From positions 1 through 42,016 of the forward strand of contig JBHLNT010000020.1 of NCBI GenBank assembly GCA_048941265.1: a stretch of DNA of 42,016 bases, in the 5' to 3' direction. Position 1 is the first letter of the stretch. Each line of letters starts with the position of its first letter. The DNA comes from Promethearchaeota archaeon (GTDB taxonomy: Archaea > Asgardarchaeota > Lokiarchaeia > Sigyniarchaeales > SOKP01). The notes under the pieces were generated by a model. That model saw nothing but the letters and a program-made list of their open reading frames with translations, had not been told where the DNA came from and ran no database searches. The position numbers and the translations under genes were made by a program. Shown here in pieces: positions 10,597 to 20,448 of the stretch.

Positions 10597-11628
10597 TTAT
10601 TTGAATCTAAAATTTGATAAGAAGGTTCTAATTGGATGCCTCACGAAACTTGAAGGATTCCAATAACATGGTTTAAAACAATCGCAATATTCAAATTTAA
10701 AATTTTTGATATGTTTTACTCTTTTTTTATGGGGCATTTTGATAAAATCATTAAATGGTAAATTTGTATTAACATCTTCACATAGCATTACAGTTCCATC
10801 ATTGTCAATTGCATAATATAAATCACCTGCATCACACTTCCAAAAATATTTTTTTTGATACCATTTATTCATATAATAATAGTAAATATTAGGTGACCAG
10901 ATTTTGATACCATGTCTTTTTAAATTTCGAATTACTTCTCCTAATTTCTTCATAACTCTCTTATTTAATAATAATTCTGGGCAAAAACTTCTAAATTGAT
11001 ATTTTTCTTCCAAACTCAGAGAAGAATGTACAGGATCTATCGAGAAACGACAATCTAATTTATTATTTATTATACTTATGTTTTGTATAAGTTCCATTAT
11101 ATTTTGGTTATTGGTTAAAACATGGATACAATAATCGATGTTATCAGGATATTTTTTTTTCATATTTGAAAGTAATCTTATTAATTCTGGTCGATATTTT
11201 TTTGGACTGAATTTGGCATCTGAATAACTATCAATACCTACGCCCAAAAGAAAATAACCATATGAAGTAAATTTCTCAAGTAAATCTTCATTTAAAAGAG
11301 AACCGTTGGTTACAACGTGTGTGAAGATGTTTAACTCTATACAATGCTTTAATAATTCTCCAAGATCCGATCGTAGTGTTGGCTCTCCACCGTAGATAGT
11401 TATAAATCTACACCCATGATTATATAATTGATTTATGATGTTTTTCCACTGTTTTAAGGAAATATCCGATTTATTTTGATTTTTTGAGGCTGCACAATAA
11501 TAACAATTAAAATTACATTTTCTTGTAAAAAATACGCTGACAAATACAGGGCCATCTGTTACTTTTAGAATTCTATTTAAATAACTAACTCCTAAATTTC
11601 TTAATATTTTGTTTTTTGTACTAAGCAT
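10597..11628 (-). CDS. Radical SAM protein with twitch/SPASM-like C-terminus
   Basis: CNFNCYYC, YGGEPTLR, VTNG; C-terminal CDAG...DNDGTVMLC...CDCFKPC. Confidence 0.85.
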   Translation of the reverse strand: MLSTKNKILRNLGVSYLNRILKVTDGPVFVSVFFTRKCNFNCYYCAASKNQNKSDISLKQWKNIINQLYNHGCRFITIYGGEPTLRSDLGELLKHCIELNIFTHVVTNGSLLNEDLLEKFTSYGYFLLGVGIDSYSDAKFSPKKYRPELIRLLSNMKKKYPDNIDYCIHVLTNNQNIMELIQNISIINNKLDCRFSIDPVHSSLSLEEKYQFRSFCPELLLNKRVMKKLGEVIRNLKRHGIKIWSPNIYYYYMNKWYQKKYFWKCDAGDLYYAIDNDGTVMLCEDVNTNLPFNDFIKMPHKKRVKHIKNFKFEYCDCFKPCYWNPSSFVRHPIRTFLSNFRFK

Positions 11629-11704
11629 TTTTTATGTGAATTTCTTTAACCAGAATATTAAGATTCAAAAGGATTTAAAATATTTAATTTTATATTTAGA
11701 AGTA

Positions 11705-12664
11705 ATGATGATTCCATCCTTAAAGCCAGTGTCTATTGTTATTCCTATAAAGAATAGAGGCAAATTTTTGCCTAGTTTAATTAAAAATCTTTCAGATTTA
11801 AATTATCCAAATTATGAAATAATAATAGTTGATGATTCTTCAACAGACAATACGACAGACCTATTGCAACAATTTGCGATTAAATCTATCTTATTAAAAA
11901 AATCAGTTGGTTCTGCACAAGCTAGAAATATAGGGATTAAACAAGCAAAACATGATATTATTGCCCTAACTGATTCTGATTGCTTAGTCTCAAAAAATTG
12001 GTTAAAAGATTTAGTCCCATATTTGGAAAATTATGATGCTGTTGGAGGAAATGTTATATATTCCGACAAAGCAGAAATGAAATTAAATCCGTTATGTATG
12101 AAAAATGAAACTATTATAACTAAAGAATCTTCCATTAATTTTCTCAATTTTAGTAATATAATTTTTAAAAAAAATTTATTGACTTTAACTGGTGGCTTTT
12201 TAGATTATAGAATTGAAGACTTAGATTTTTCATGGAGGTTATTGAAAAAGGGATTCAATCTGATTTATGTACCAAAGGGTACAATTATTCATTATGCTAA
12301 CAGAACTCCCATTCAAAACATTAAAAAATATTTACAATACGGGAAATCATATACAGAATTAATCTTTGTTCATCAAATGAACCTAGGTTTTAAACCAGAA
12401 CCAGTATTTAGTAGAAATTCAATTTTGAATTATTCTCAGTTAATAATATATCCTATAGTTTTATTATTCTTATTATTTATTTGTAATCTCATGAATTTTA
12501 ATTATATTTTCTGTTTCTCTTTGTCCACTCTTTTAATCTTCCTTTTTGGCTATTTAATGATTCGATTGATTAAAAAAATTGAATTCTTTTACAAATTATA
12601 TAAAATTTGTATAATTTCCAGTATAGTAATTTACTCTATGATTTATTTGTTAAAAAAGAAATGA
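11705..12664 (+). CDS. Glycosyltransferase family 2 with C-terminal TM helices
   Basis: VSIVIP, VDDSSTD, ARNIG, TDSDC, GGF...EDLDFSWRL. The likely start is ATG at 11705 (the track start of 11609 overlaps the divergent gene). Confidence 0.88.
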   Translation: MMIPSLKPVSIVIPIKNRGKFLPSLIKNLSDLNYPNYEIIIVDDSSTDNTTDLLQQFAIKSILLKKSVGSAQARNIGIKQAKHDIIALTDSDCLVSKNWLKDLVPYLENYDAVGGNVIYSDKAEMKLNPLCMKNETIITKESSINFLNFSNIIFKKNLLTLTGGFLDYRIEDLDFSWRLLKKGFNLIYVPKGTIIHYANRTPIQNIKKYLQYGKSYTELIFVHQMNLGFKPEPVFSRNSILNYSQLIIYPIVLLFLLFICNLMNFNYIFCFSLSTLLIFLFGYLMIRLIKKIEFFYKLYKICIISSIVIYSMIYLLKKK

Positions 12665-12754
12665 AGGATAATAAAAGTTTAAATTGTCTTATTTAATATT
12701 AGTAAATAGAACCTTATTAGATTATATAGAATAGCTCTTAAAGGAAGGAAAATC

Positions 12755-13252
12755 ATGTTTTGCTCAAATTGTGGAAAAGAAATAATAGACTCAAACCAAA
12801 AGTTTTGTCAATACTGTGGAAATAGGATTCAATCCCCATCTGAAGCTGTGAGTGTACAACAAACACCCGTATATACCTATTCTGCAACTACATCGCATAC
12901 GTTTTTTGAAAAAGGAAGACCCGGACCACATTCAAAAAAATGTTTAGCCTTTTCAATAATATCTATTGCTATGGCAGCGGTGACGTTGGAGATTGGGGGC
13001 TCACTTCGATTTTTTTATGTTTTGGGTATGCCATTGCCGCTTTTTATTATGGGGGTGATAATAAACATTGTAATTAATATCGTAGGATTAATTCTTGGAA
13101 TCCTTGCTAGATTAAATGGTAAGAAAGCCGTAAATTTGGAGTCAGATAATGCTGTTGAAAAGGTTGGAAGCATCTTTGCGATCTTTGGAATTATTGGGAA
13201 CATAATACTTCTAATAATAGGCTTTATAATTATGGCTATATTTCTTGTATAA
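12755..13252 (+). CDS. Zinc-ribbon domain membrane protein
   Basis: MFCSNCG...FCQYCG followed by 3 TM helices; same architecture as 938..1333. Confidence 0.8.
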   Translation: MFCSNCGKEIIDSNQKFCQYCGNRIQSPSEAVSVQQTPVYTYSATTSHTFFEKGRPGPHSKKCLAFSIISIAMAAVTLEIGGSLRFFYVLGMPLPLFIMGVIINIVINIVGLILGILARLNGKKAVNLESDNAVEKVGSIFAIFGIIGNIILLIIGFIIMAIFLV

Positions 13253-13284
13253 TTATCGATGATATTAGATAAGAAGATCACCAT

Positions 13285-14592
13285 TTAATAAACCCAATTA
13301 ATTAAAGAAGAACAGCTTTTCCCTTGCACATTGCTTAATCGTCCTAATATTCGAAAAGTAGCTCCTTGATAACCACACTCTGGACACTTATCTTCTGATA
13401 TTAATTCGACAATATCATCAACCAGTACTGCTTGATTTATTGAACCGTTAACACCATATGGAGTAATTACTTCTAATAAACCTTCTCCGCCCGAACTGAC
13501 AGGTTTTAATTTATTCAGATCTCTTACAATTAGTCGAGCTGTATCAGGACAATGTAATAAAAAATCTTGGTAATTTTCTGACCAATGTCCACCGAATAAA
13601 ATTGGTGACTCTGTAAATGCGTAAATATCTGCAATATCTTTTGGTTTAATATTGAAGACTCTTTCATAATTTTCAATGAAATCAATTTTTTTTACGGCAT
13701 CCATCTTTGCCTCGCCTTTTATTCCCTCCCATCCCCCTCCACCACAACCAACAAAAGAAATTCCATCTAGATCATAAAATATCTTTTCTTCTAATAATCG
13801 CTTCTTAAATAAATTATTCATTAAAAGAGGACTTCCACCAAATATGATTTTACCTACATCTACTTCTTTCCAATATCCTGTTTTTAAAATTGTTCTAATC
13901 ATTTTCAACATTCTACTTGCGTCTAAAATAAACCCTCCTTTTACCGAAAGAGTTGAAAGTAGTGCCCAGATAGTTTTTAAGGGTTTAAATTTTATAAGAT
14001 ATTCCACATATGCATAATATTCCCAGGGTTTATTCATGCATGCAGTAAAATAACGAGTTTTCTTAACATATTGAAAACCTTTTGTATTTTTTCGTGCAAT
14101 AATCGACATCAAACCACGATCAGGAGCAAAATTAAAAGCAAGACTTTTTTTAAGACCTGGTTTATTTTCTTTCCATCTAAAAAACTCTGAAAAAACTTTA
14201 ATTGAATTATATTGTAGCTGGTCAAAATCTTCTAAAGTTCGAGCTACTATCGAAGGATCTCCAGTTGTAGAAGATGAACATGAAAAGAGTGCTATATCTT
14301 CAAGAGGGGATTTTAATAATTGTAAAGTTCGATTTTCTGATTTTTTATAAATATTAGTTGGAATAAAGGGAATTGCCTCAAGATCATCAATGGACAATTC
14401 ATTAGGAATGGTAAAATTGAATCTTTTACACAACTTTTCTTTATAATAGCTACAATTATTATAAGATAATTTTATTTGCTCTAATAAATCTCTACAAAAA
14501 TCTTTATTATGGTGATCTCGCGGTTTAAAATCAAAATACTTTGTGTTTAATTCTTCAGGCAAATATTCATGCATCACAAATTTGAGATCCAA
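13285..14592 (-). CDS. LuxE/PaaK-like acyl-protein synthetase (ANL-type ligase)
   Basis: IPFIP..YK, SSSTTGDPS (A3-like loop), GGGGWEG, DIYAFTE, GLLEVITPY, CPECG..GATFRILGR...KSCS; GGAGGT upstream of the TTG start. Confidence 0.8.
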   Translation of the reverse strand: MDLKFVMHEYLPEELNTKYFDFKPRDHHNKDFCRDLLEQIKLSYNNCSYYKEKLCKRFNFTIPNELSIDDLEAIPFIPTNIYKKSENRTLQLLKSPLEDIALFSCSSSTTGDPSIVARTLEDFDQLQYNSIKVFSEFFRWKENKPGLKKSLAFNFAPDRGLMSIIARKNTKGFQYVKKTRYFTACMNKPWEYYAYVEYLIKFKPLKTIWALLSTLSVKGGFILDASRMLKMIRTILKTGYWKEVDVGKIIFGGSPLLMNNLFKKRLLEEKIFYDLDGISFVGCGGGGWEGIKGEAKMDAVKKIDFIENYERVFNIKPKDIADIYAFTESPILFGGHWSENYQDFLLHCPDTARLIVRDLNKLKPVSSGGEGLLEVITPYGVNGSINQAVLVDDIVELISEDKCPECGYQGATFRILGRLSNVQGKSCSSLINWVY

Positions 14593-15377
14593 AATAATTA
14601 CCTCCCTTATTAACTATTTTATTATTTTTAAAGTTCAATATTAATAATTCTAAATTTTAAGAATTAAAACTTTACTCTCAATAAAGGTGTAGTTAACTTT
14701 TTTGGAAAAAATAAACATTTTTTTCTTAACAGATTAAATTGTTATTACTTCTTCAACTTTTTTCTTATTACTTAGAAATATTTTCTCCGCTAATCATTTT
14801 GAAAAATAATGGTGGCATAAAAACATAAAAAATTAAATTTATAGATTAGAAAGAGTAGAATCTAATTTAATGAAAGAGATTAACCAATTTAAAGAAAAAA
14901 TACTGTAAATCCGAATACAAAAAGTATTCATCCACTCTAATTTTCCATAATTGTCATCTTCAGTGTTAATCAATAAAAATTATTTAAAAATATTCCACTA
15001 CTCTTTATAGCTACTGGTTCTCCTGTTGAAGTTATAAGTCAATTTACTGCATTTGAAAAGAGATAGAAAATTAAATGTATATTTCAAACCTTTTTATAAC
15101 AGTTAATTAAGAGGAAATAAAAGTTTAAATAATAAAATAATTAATTTTTATTAAACAAGTCTATTTGAGAGAAACCAATAGAAGAAAAAAATATGTATTT
15201 TCCAAACTATAGGAATAGTATTAGGATCAATTGGATTACTTGTAACTATCGGGACTCTTGGAATTATTAGCTAAATCATTCTCTTAGCAATTTATATAAT
15301 AGGACTGCTATCATTTTTATAGCAATGTTTTTAATTATTTATAGTATCTAACCAGTTAAATAATAAAAATTGAGAAA

Positions 15378-16172
15378 ATGAATGAAAAAATAAAACGTTG
15401 GATCGTTTTTAGTATACAGGTTCAGTTTTTTACAATCTTGACAATTGTGATTATCTTTCTTGAATTTGTTTGGCTATTCGAAATTTATTATCATCCCTTA
15501 AATATCCCACCCTCATATCCACCATCTCGACCTAACGTATCATTAATCCTACATATTTTTATTTCAATTGTGTTTGTATCGTTTATAGTATTAAATCTTT
15601 GTATGGCAATTTTTTCCATTTATGCATTTATTTTTATACTTCACGTACTTGATTCAAATCCTGCAAAAACAGCACCAGTTTGTGCTCTAGCAATTGATTT
15701 TGCATTAATAAACTTCTTTTTCTATCAACACTCCCTCTATAAGGAGCGATATTGTGCATATTTTGCTAACTCTTTTCCAATGTCTATTTATTTTCACATT
15801 CCAAACTTAATTTCTCAAGTCTCGGAAATTCTAATGATTATTGCCTTTTTTAGTATTTTTATTAACTTTGAGTTCGGGATTGAGGGGATAATAAAGCGAC
15901 ATATAATCAATTCTAATAAAATGACTGATCTTATTCATTATATTTTAATTACTAACGGTATACTTGGATGTTTATTTATTTTTACCTATATGACCATTCT
16001 TAATATAAACTTAATAGGATTCATTATAAGCGTGATTTTTGCAATCTTTTTCATCTGCTTATTTAATTTTGTTATTCGCAAATTAAATTTAAATAATTAT
16101 CCAATTGAAGCACTTTCGCGCTGGAAATATGGTAGGGTTCTTACTAAAAAAGATATAAAACAAATTGATTAA
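15378..16172 (+). CDS. Hypothetical polytopic membrane protein (~6 TM)
   Basis: 264-aa ORF with alternating hydrophobic segments; no family recognised. Confidence 0.65.
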   Translation: MNEKIKRWIVFSIQVQFFTILTIVIIFLEFVWLFEIYYHPLNIPPSYPPSRPNVSLILHIFISIVFVSFIVLNLCMAIFSIYAFIFILHVLDSNPAKTAPVCALAIDFALINFFFYQHSLYKERYCAYFANSFPMSIYFHIPNLISQVSEILMIIAFFSIFINFEFGIEGIIKRHIINSNKMTDLIHYILITNGILGCLFIFTYMTILNINLIGFIISVIFAIFFICLFNFVIRKLNLNNYPIEALSRWKYGRVLTKKDIKQID

Positions 16173-16280
16173 ATATTAAACTGGAGTTTGCTAAACTGAT
16201 AATTTCAAGACAATATTTTACACTCGAGGTTAAATATTAATCAAAATTAAAGGAAAAATATTTCTATTCATCTTTTTTTT

Positions 16281-17762
16281 TTAATTTTTGAATTTTTTAT
16301 TTATATAGGTTTTAAGGTTAATGAGGGAAAGGAGTCCAGGAATTAAACTAATACCTTGAAAGATATTATTCAAGATTTTAATTATTCTTCGAGATAAATA
16401 GATTGTATTATAGGTAACGGGATCATCTAAAAAACTTTTTGAATATCGAAGATCTCTAAATAAGATATAAAAATCTTGGAAACTTTTGACTTTAATATCC
16501 ACTCCAAATTTCCTTTCATTTGAAAATGCGGGACTACTTGGACTTATTAAAATAGCTGTATTGATAAATAGAATTGCTTGTTTATATCTGAGTATATACT
16601 CATTGGTAATTTTTAGAATGTGTTTGAAATTTGTCATTACATCTTTAACCGTTTCATACGGATTGCCTACGGTTATCCATAAAACTAGGGGAAGGTATAG
16701 TTTCCTACATTTTTTAATTAAATTGTATACATCATTATTTAAAAAGCTAAATTTTGGATCTCCAAGCGTTACAAAGACTTTTCTTACTCGTTCTGAAAAA
16801 GAATGCACGGAAAAATTTAAAAACGACCTTTCAACATTGAAAGTTGTAACTGCTCTTTGTAAAAAAGAATCTTTTACTGGTAAATCCCATACTTCGAATA
16901 TTGCTCCCAGATCAAAATTTTCTTTTTTAATTAATTGTAATAAATTCATCCAAAATTGGTGTGTATTTGGATAATATCCGTGGGTTAAATCGATGACTTT
17001 TAATTTAGGATAGAGATTTTTCACGTGATGGATATCCTCAACAATCAATTTTGGATCCCTCAGAATCACATTGCTCCTTTTATGCAACTGATAATAAGCA
17101 TCTTTTCCACCTCCGCAATACCCACATTTAAACGGGCAAGAACGTCCCATCATAATACTGACAGAAGGTATCATTTTTGTATAATTTTTCCAATTTTCCA
17201 TTAATTCAAAGTGACTAAAACTTAAGAAATTAAGATTTTCTGCAATATATGTCATTGGGGTTTGATATATTGTCCCGTTCTTTTTATAGGTAATATTTGG
17301 GATCTCTCTCATTTGAGGACTTCCGTTTAGAAAATGACTTACTAGCTGTAAGAGTGGAATTTCCCCCTCTCCACATACAACAACATCTATTGAAGGATAT
17401 TTAATCACATCTTCATGGAAATAAGTAGCGCTAAATCCACCAATAACTATTTTGATATTTGGATTAAAATTTTTGACAATTTTTGCGGTTTGAATGGCAC
17501 CATACGCATTTAGAATCCAATGTAAATCAATAGCGCAAATTTTGACATCAATATTTCTTAAATATCTTGACAATCGGAAATTTTTATTAAAATGTATTTC
17601 CATAGGAATATTCAAAATATGGGTTGAATAGCCATGTTGTTTGAGGTAGTGTGCCAATGCAACAAGTCCCACTGGCAACATAGCAAAAGCACTTCTCACT
17701 TCATGATAATCTTTAGTAAAAATCCTAGGAGGATGTAAAAATAAAACATCAATGGGTTTCAA
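16281..17762 (-). CDS. Cobalamin-binding radical SAM protein (Ta0216/TIGR04190-like subgroup)
   Basis: DVLFLHPP, PVGLVALA, IDLHW...GAI, GGFSATYF, GEGE, GRSCPFKCGYCGGG. Confidence 0.85.
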   Translation of the reverse strand: MKPIDVLFLHPPRIFTKDYHEVRSAFAMLPVGLVALAHYLKQHGYSTHILNIPMEIHFNKNFRLSRYLRNIDVKICAIDLHWILNAYGAIQTAKIVKNFNPNIKIVIGGFSATYFHEDVIKYPSIDVVVCGEGEIPLLQLVSHFLNGSPQMREIPNITYKKNGTIYQTPMTYIAENLNFLSFSHFELMENWKNYTKMIPSVSIMMGRSCPFKCGYCGGGKDAYYQLHKRSNVILRDPKLIVEDIHHVKNLYPKLKVIDLTHGYYPNTHQFWMNLLQLIKKENFDLGAIFEVWDLPVKDSFLQRAVTTFNVERSFLNFSVHSFSERVRKVFVTLGDPKFSFLNNDVYNLIKKCRKLYLPLVLWITVGNPYETVKDVMTNFKHILKITNEYILRYKQAILFINTAILISPSSPAFSNERKFGVDIKVKSFQDFYILFRDLRYSKSFLDDPVTYNTIYLSRRIIKILNNIFQGISLIPGLLSLINLKTYINKKFKN

Positions 17763-17859
17763 TATGTTACCTTTACTTTATCGGAAGATTTGAAGGACAT
17801 TAATTTAAATAATAATTAAAAATTAAGGAATAAAAATATGCTTATGTTATTTATAATAA

Positions 17860-19179
17860 TTAATTATTAGATAATGCTTTTATTTCTGCTTCTTGTTTTT
17901 CTAAGATCATCGGAGTCTTTTCCCAACTTATTTCTTTAGGAAGACTAAACTGACGCATAAACATAAAAAGATGGATATAGCCACTTATCAAGAAAAATAA
18001 TAAAATACTATAATGACCATCCCCGTATTTACGTACAGCATTGAATAAAAAGCCAAATTGAAAGAATAAACAGAATAGTGTCCAAGTTAGTAAATAGTAT
18101 TCACCTATTATAAAATAAAATATAGCAAATCCAATTATGATAGGGATCCACGAATCCATATTTCCTATTACGGTCATCGTTAAATTTCTTGAAATAATTA
18201 TTGATTTCCCATTTCTTTTTTCACCTTTCATCGCCATTAATTGCGGCATATCAAAAGTATATCCAGCCATCCAGCGTGTGCGTTGTTTTACTAAAATTTC
18301 CCATTTGTTTGGGACATATTCATAAACCCTCGCTCTTGGAGAAAAATAAATTTTAACTCCATCTAAATTTAAAAGCACAGAGAGATAGAGATCCTCGGTC
18401 ATTGAATCTTCATTAAAACCTCCATATTTCCGAATATATTTCGTAGAAACTGCAAAATTTCTTCCAAATGAATAAGCGGATGCACCTAATCTATTTTTAT
18501 TTTCAAAAAGCTGACCACCACCAGAAAGATACGCGTAATCAAAAAAAATTCCTCTGGTTAAATTATTATCCTTCCAATTCTTGACTAATACCGGGCCAAT
18601 AACGGCATGAATTTTCTCTTCCTGAAATGGTGCTATTAAATTTTTTAATGTATCTGGTTCTAAAATACAGCCTGAATCATAAAGGACTATAATATCATTT
18701 TTTACGTATTTTAAACCATAATTTAAGGCAGGAGGCTTTCCTTTTTTAGGAAGATTCTCAGATAAAACTTCTATATCTAACGTATTATGTTCTCTTGCGA
18801 AATTTTTGCAAAATTCATTTGTATCATCTTTTGTTGATCCGCTTGTTATTATTATAACTTGAATTTTTTCCATAGGGTAATTCGATTCGACAATTGAATT
18901 TAAAGTTCTCTCTAATAATACTCTTTCATTTTTAGATGCAATTAATATGCTTATATCTGCATAATAAGGCATTTTGAATCGGATTCCGCTGCCAAACGAT
19001 GCTAAGAAATATATCCCATAATATATAACTAAACCCATCAAAATCATTAGACCAATAAATGGAAATATAAACCACCAGTAAGTTTTAGGATCAGCAAAAA
19101 AATTATCAATTGCCATTTTTGTTCCGGAAGACCAATAGGGCGGAAAATTTAAGTGTAAGAGAATAAAAAATATTACCAA
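17860..19179 (-). CDS. Processive-type membrane glycosyltransferase family 2
   Basis: GKPPALN, YDS, GGF..DSMTED, QRTRW (D,D,D,QxxRW signature), N- and C-terminal TM helices, WEKT. Confidence 0.9.
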   Translation of the reverse strand: MVIFFILLHLNFPPYWSSGTKMAIDNFFADPKTYWWFIFPFIGLMILMGLVIYYGIYFLASFGSGIRFKMPYYADISILIASKNERVLLERTLNSIVESNYPMEKIQVIIITSGSTKDDTNEFCKNFAREHNTLDIEVLSENLPKKGKPPALNYGLKYVKNDIIVLYDSGCILEPDTLKNLIAPFQEEKIHAVIGPVLVKNWKDNNLTRGIFFDYAYLSGGGQLFENKNRLGASAYSFGRNFAVSTKYIRKYGGFNEDSMTEDLYLSVLLNLDGVKIYFSPRARVYEYVPNKWEILVKQRTRWMAGYTFDMPQLMAMKGEKRNGKSIIISRNLTMTVIGNMDSWIPIIIGFAIFYFIIGEYYLLTWTLFCLFFQFGFLFNAVRKYGDGHYSILLFFLISGYIHLFMFMRQFSLPKEISWEKTPMILEKQEAEIKALSNN

Positions 19180-19298
19180 TATAATTCCGTAAAAAATACC
19201 CTTGATATTAATCCTGCAAAACCTCCTTTTTATTATTATTCTCGTTTTACTTGTTTATTATATAAATTTTCGAAGGGACACTTCTTTTAAAAACTGAA

Positions 19299-20237
19299 TC
19301 ATTTTTTGCTTTTATCATCCATTTTCTTTAGTTGTTTAAAACTATATCTGGCTAATTGGATTGATGAAACAGTCATAATACCTAATAAAATTACTTGGAA
19401 AATCAACATACACCAAGTAGTTGTGGTATAATGCGAAACAGTCCAGATTACTGTTGCAGAAGGATTGATCCAATCAGTTATCACGATCATAAAACTCGAA
19501 ATACCATAAATTAAAAAACAAGTACCAATTATTAGGATCCTCGTTACTCTCTCACCTGCATAAGGCTTTGTTTCAAGTAAACCTAAGCCCTCGTGTCGGG
19601 CTCTCATATATTCATAAATAAAGATTAAGAAAATATTTATCCAAACTATCCATGTAAAATCAAGTCCATAATTAGTAATAACTAAGAAGCTTCCGGGAAT
19701 TAAACATATCAATAATAATACATCACTGATCCTATCAATCACGTTATCTAACCAAGCACCACTTTTTGACTTTATATCCAATAACCTGGCTATTGCCCCA
19801 TCAATTCCATCGATAATTCCAGTAAACAATACCAGAAAACCGAGAGCTAAAAACCATATGCCATAGTAAGGTTGTTGATAACGTAAATCAAGATGATGAC
19901 CTTCACCCGCCATAATTACACCGTAAAATATGAGAAATGATAAAATTAGATTTAAATAAGATACCTTATTTGGAGTTAAACCCCACTTTATAAAGATTTT
20001 CGCCCCTTTATAAGTCAAGGGCATATAAAGTGCTCCGCTAGGATCCTTTTTCATTTTTGCAAATTGTTCCTCTACTTTATGAGCTTGTCCATGATCTTTA
20101 AGCCAATCTTTTACGAATTCATCAAAACTCATGATTGTGTGTTTTGGATTTTTATTAGAGAGCCCGCTAATGAAAATGATTATAATAAATCCAAGTAGAA
20201 CCAATGGGAATACTACTTTAAAAAATATATCTAACAT
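19299..20237 (-). CDS. CDP-alcohol phosphatidyltransferase
   Basis: GLTPN...; DGIDGAIAR...SGAWLDNVIDRISD (DxxDGxxAR...GxxxDxxxD); YMRAR.E; ER..R. Confidence 0.92.
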   Translation of the reverse strand: MLDIFFKVVFPLVLLGFIIIIFISGLSNKNPKHTIMSFDEFVKDWLKDHGQAHKVEEQFAKMKKDPSGALYMPLTYKGAKIFIKWGLTPNKVSYLNLILSFLIFYGVIMAGEGHHLDLRYQQPYYGIWFLALGFLVLFTGIIDGIDGAIARLLDIKSKSGAWLDNVIDRISDVLLLICLIPGSFLVITNYGLDFTWIVWINIFLIFIYEYMRARHEGLGLLETKPYAGERVTRILIIGTCFLIYGISSFMIVITDWINPSATVIWTVSHYTTTTWCMLIFQVILLGIMTVSSIQLARYSFKQLKKMDDKSKK

Positions 20238-20448
20238 ATAGTGCTGCTATATTATTTTTTTTAATAATTGATTACAGATTGATGATTTAAACTTTTGTTT
20301 CTAATATATTTAAATTTTATGCAATTTGGATTTCTTAACTTATTTGTTAAATGAAAAACTTAAATTGAATTATAATGATTAAGATTTTTATATTTTAAAC
20401 CTTATTTAAAATAACCCTTATTTTTAATTAAAATTTCTGGTACTCAGT

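Noticed and set aside
13285-14592. Bioluminescence (lux) operon
   Set aside because: There is no luxA/B/C/D in the window, and LuxE-like ligases are widespread outside luminescence.
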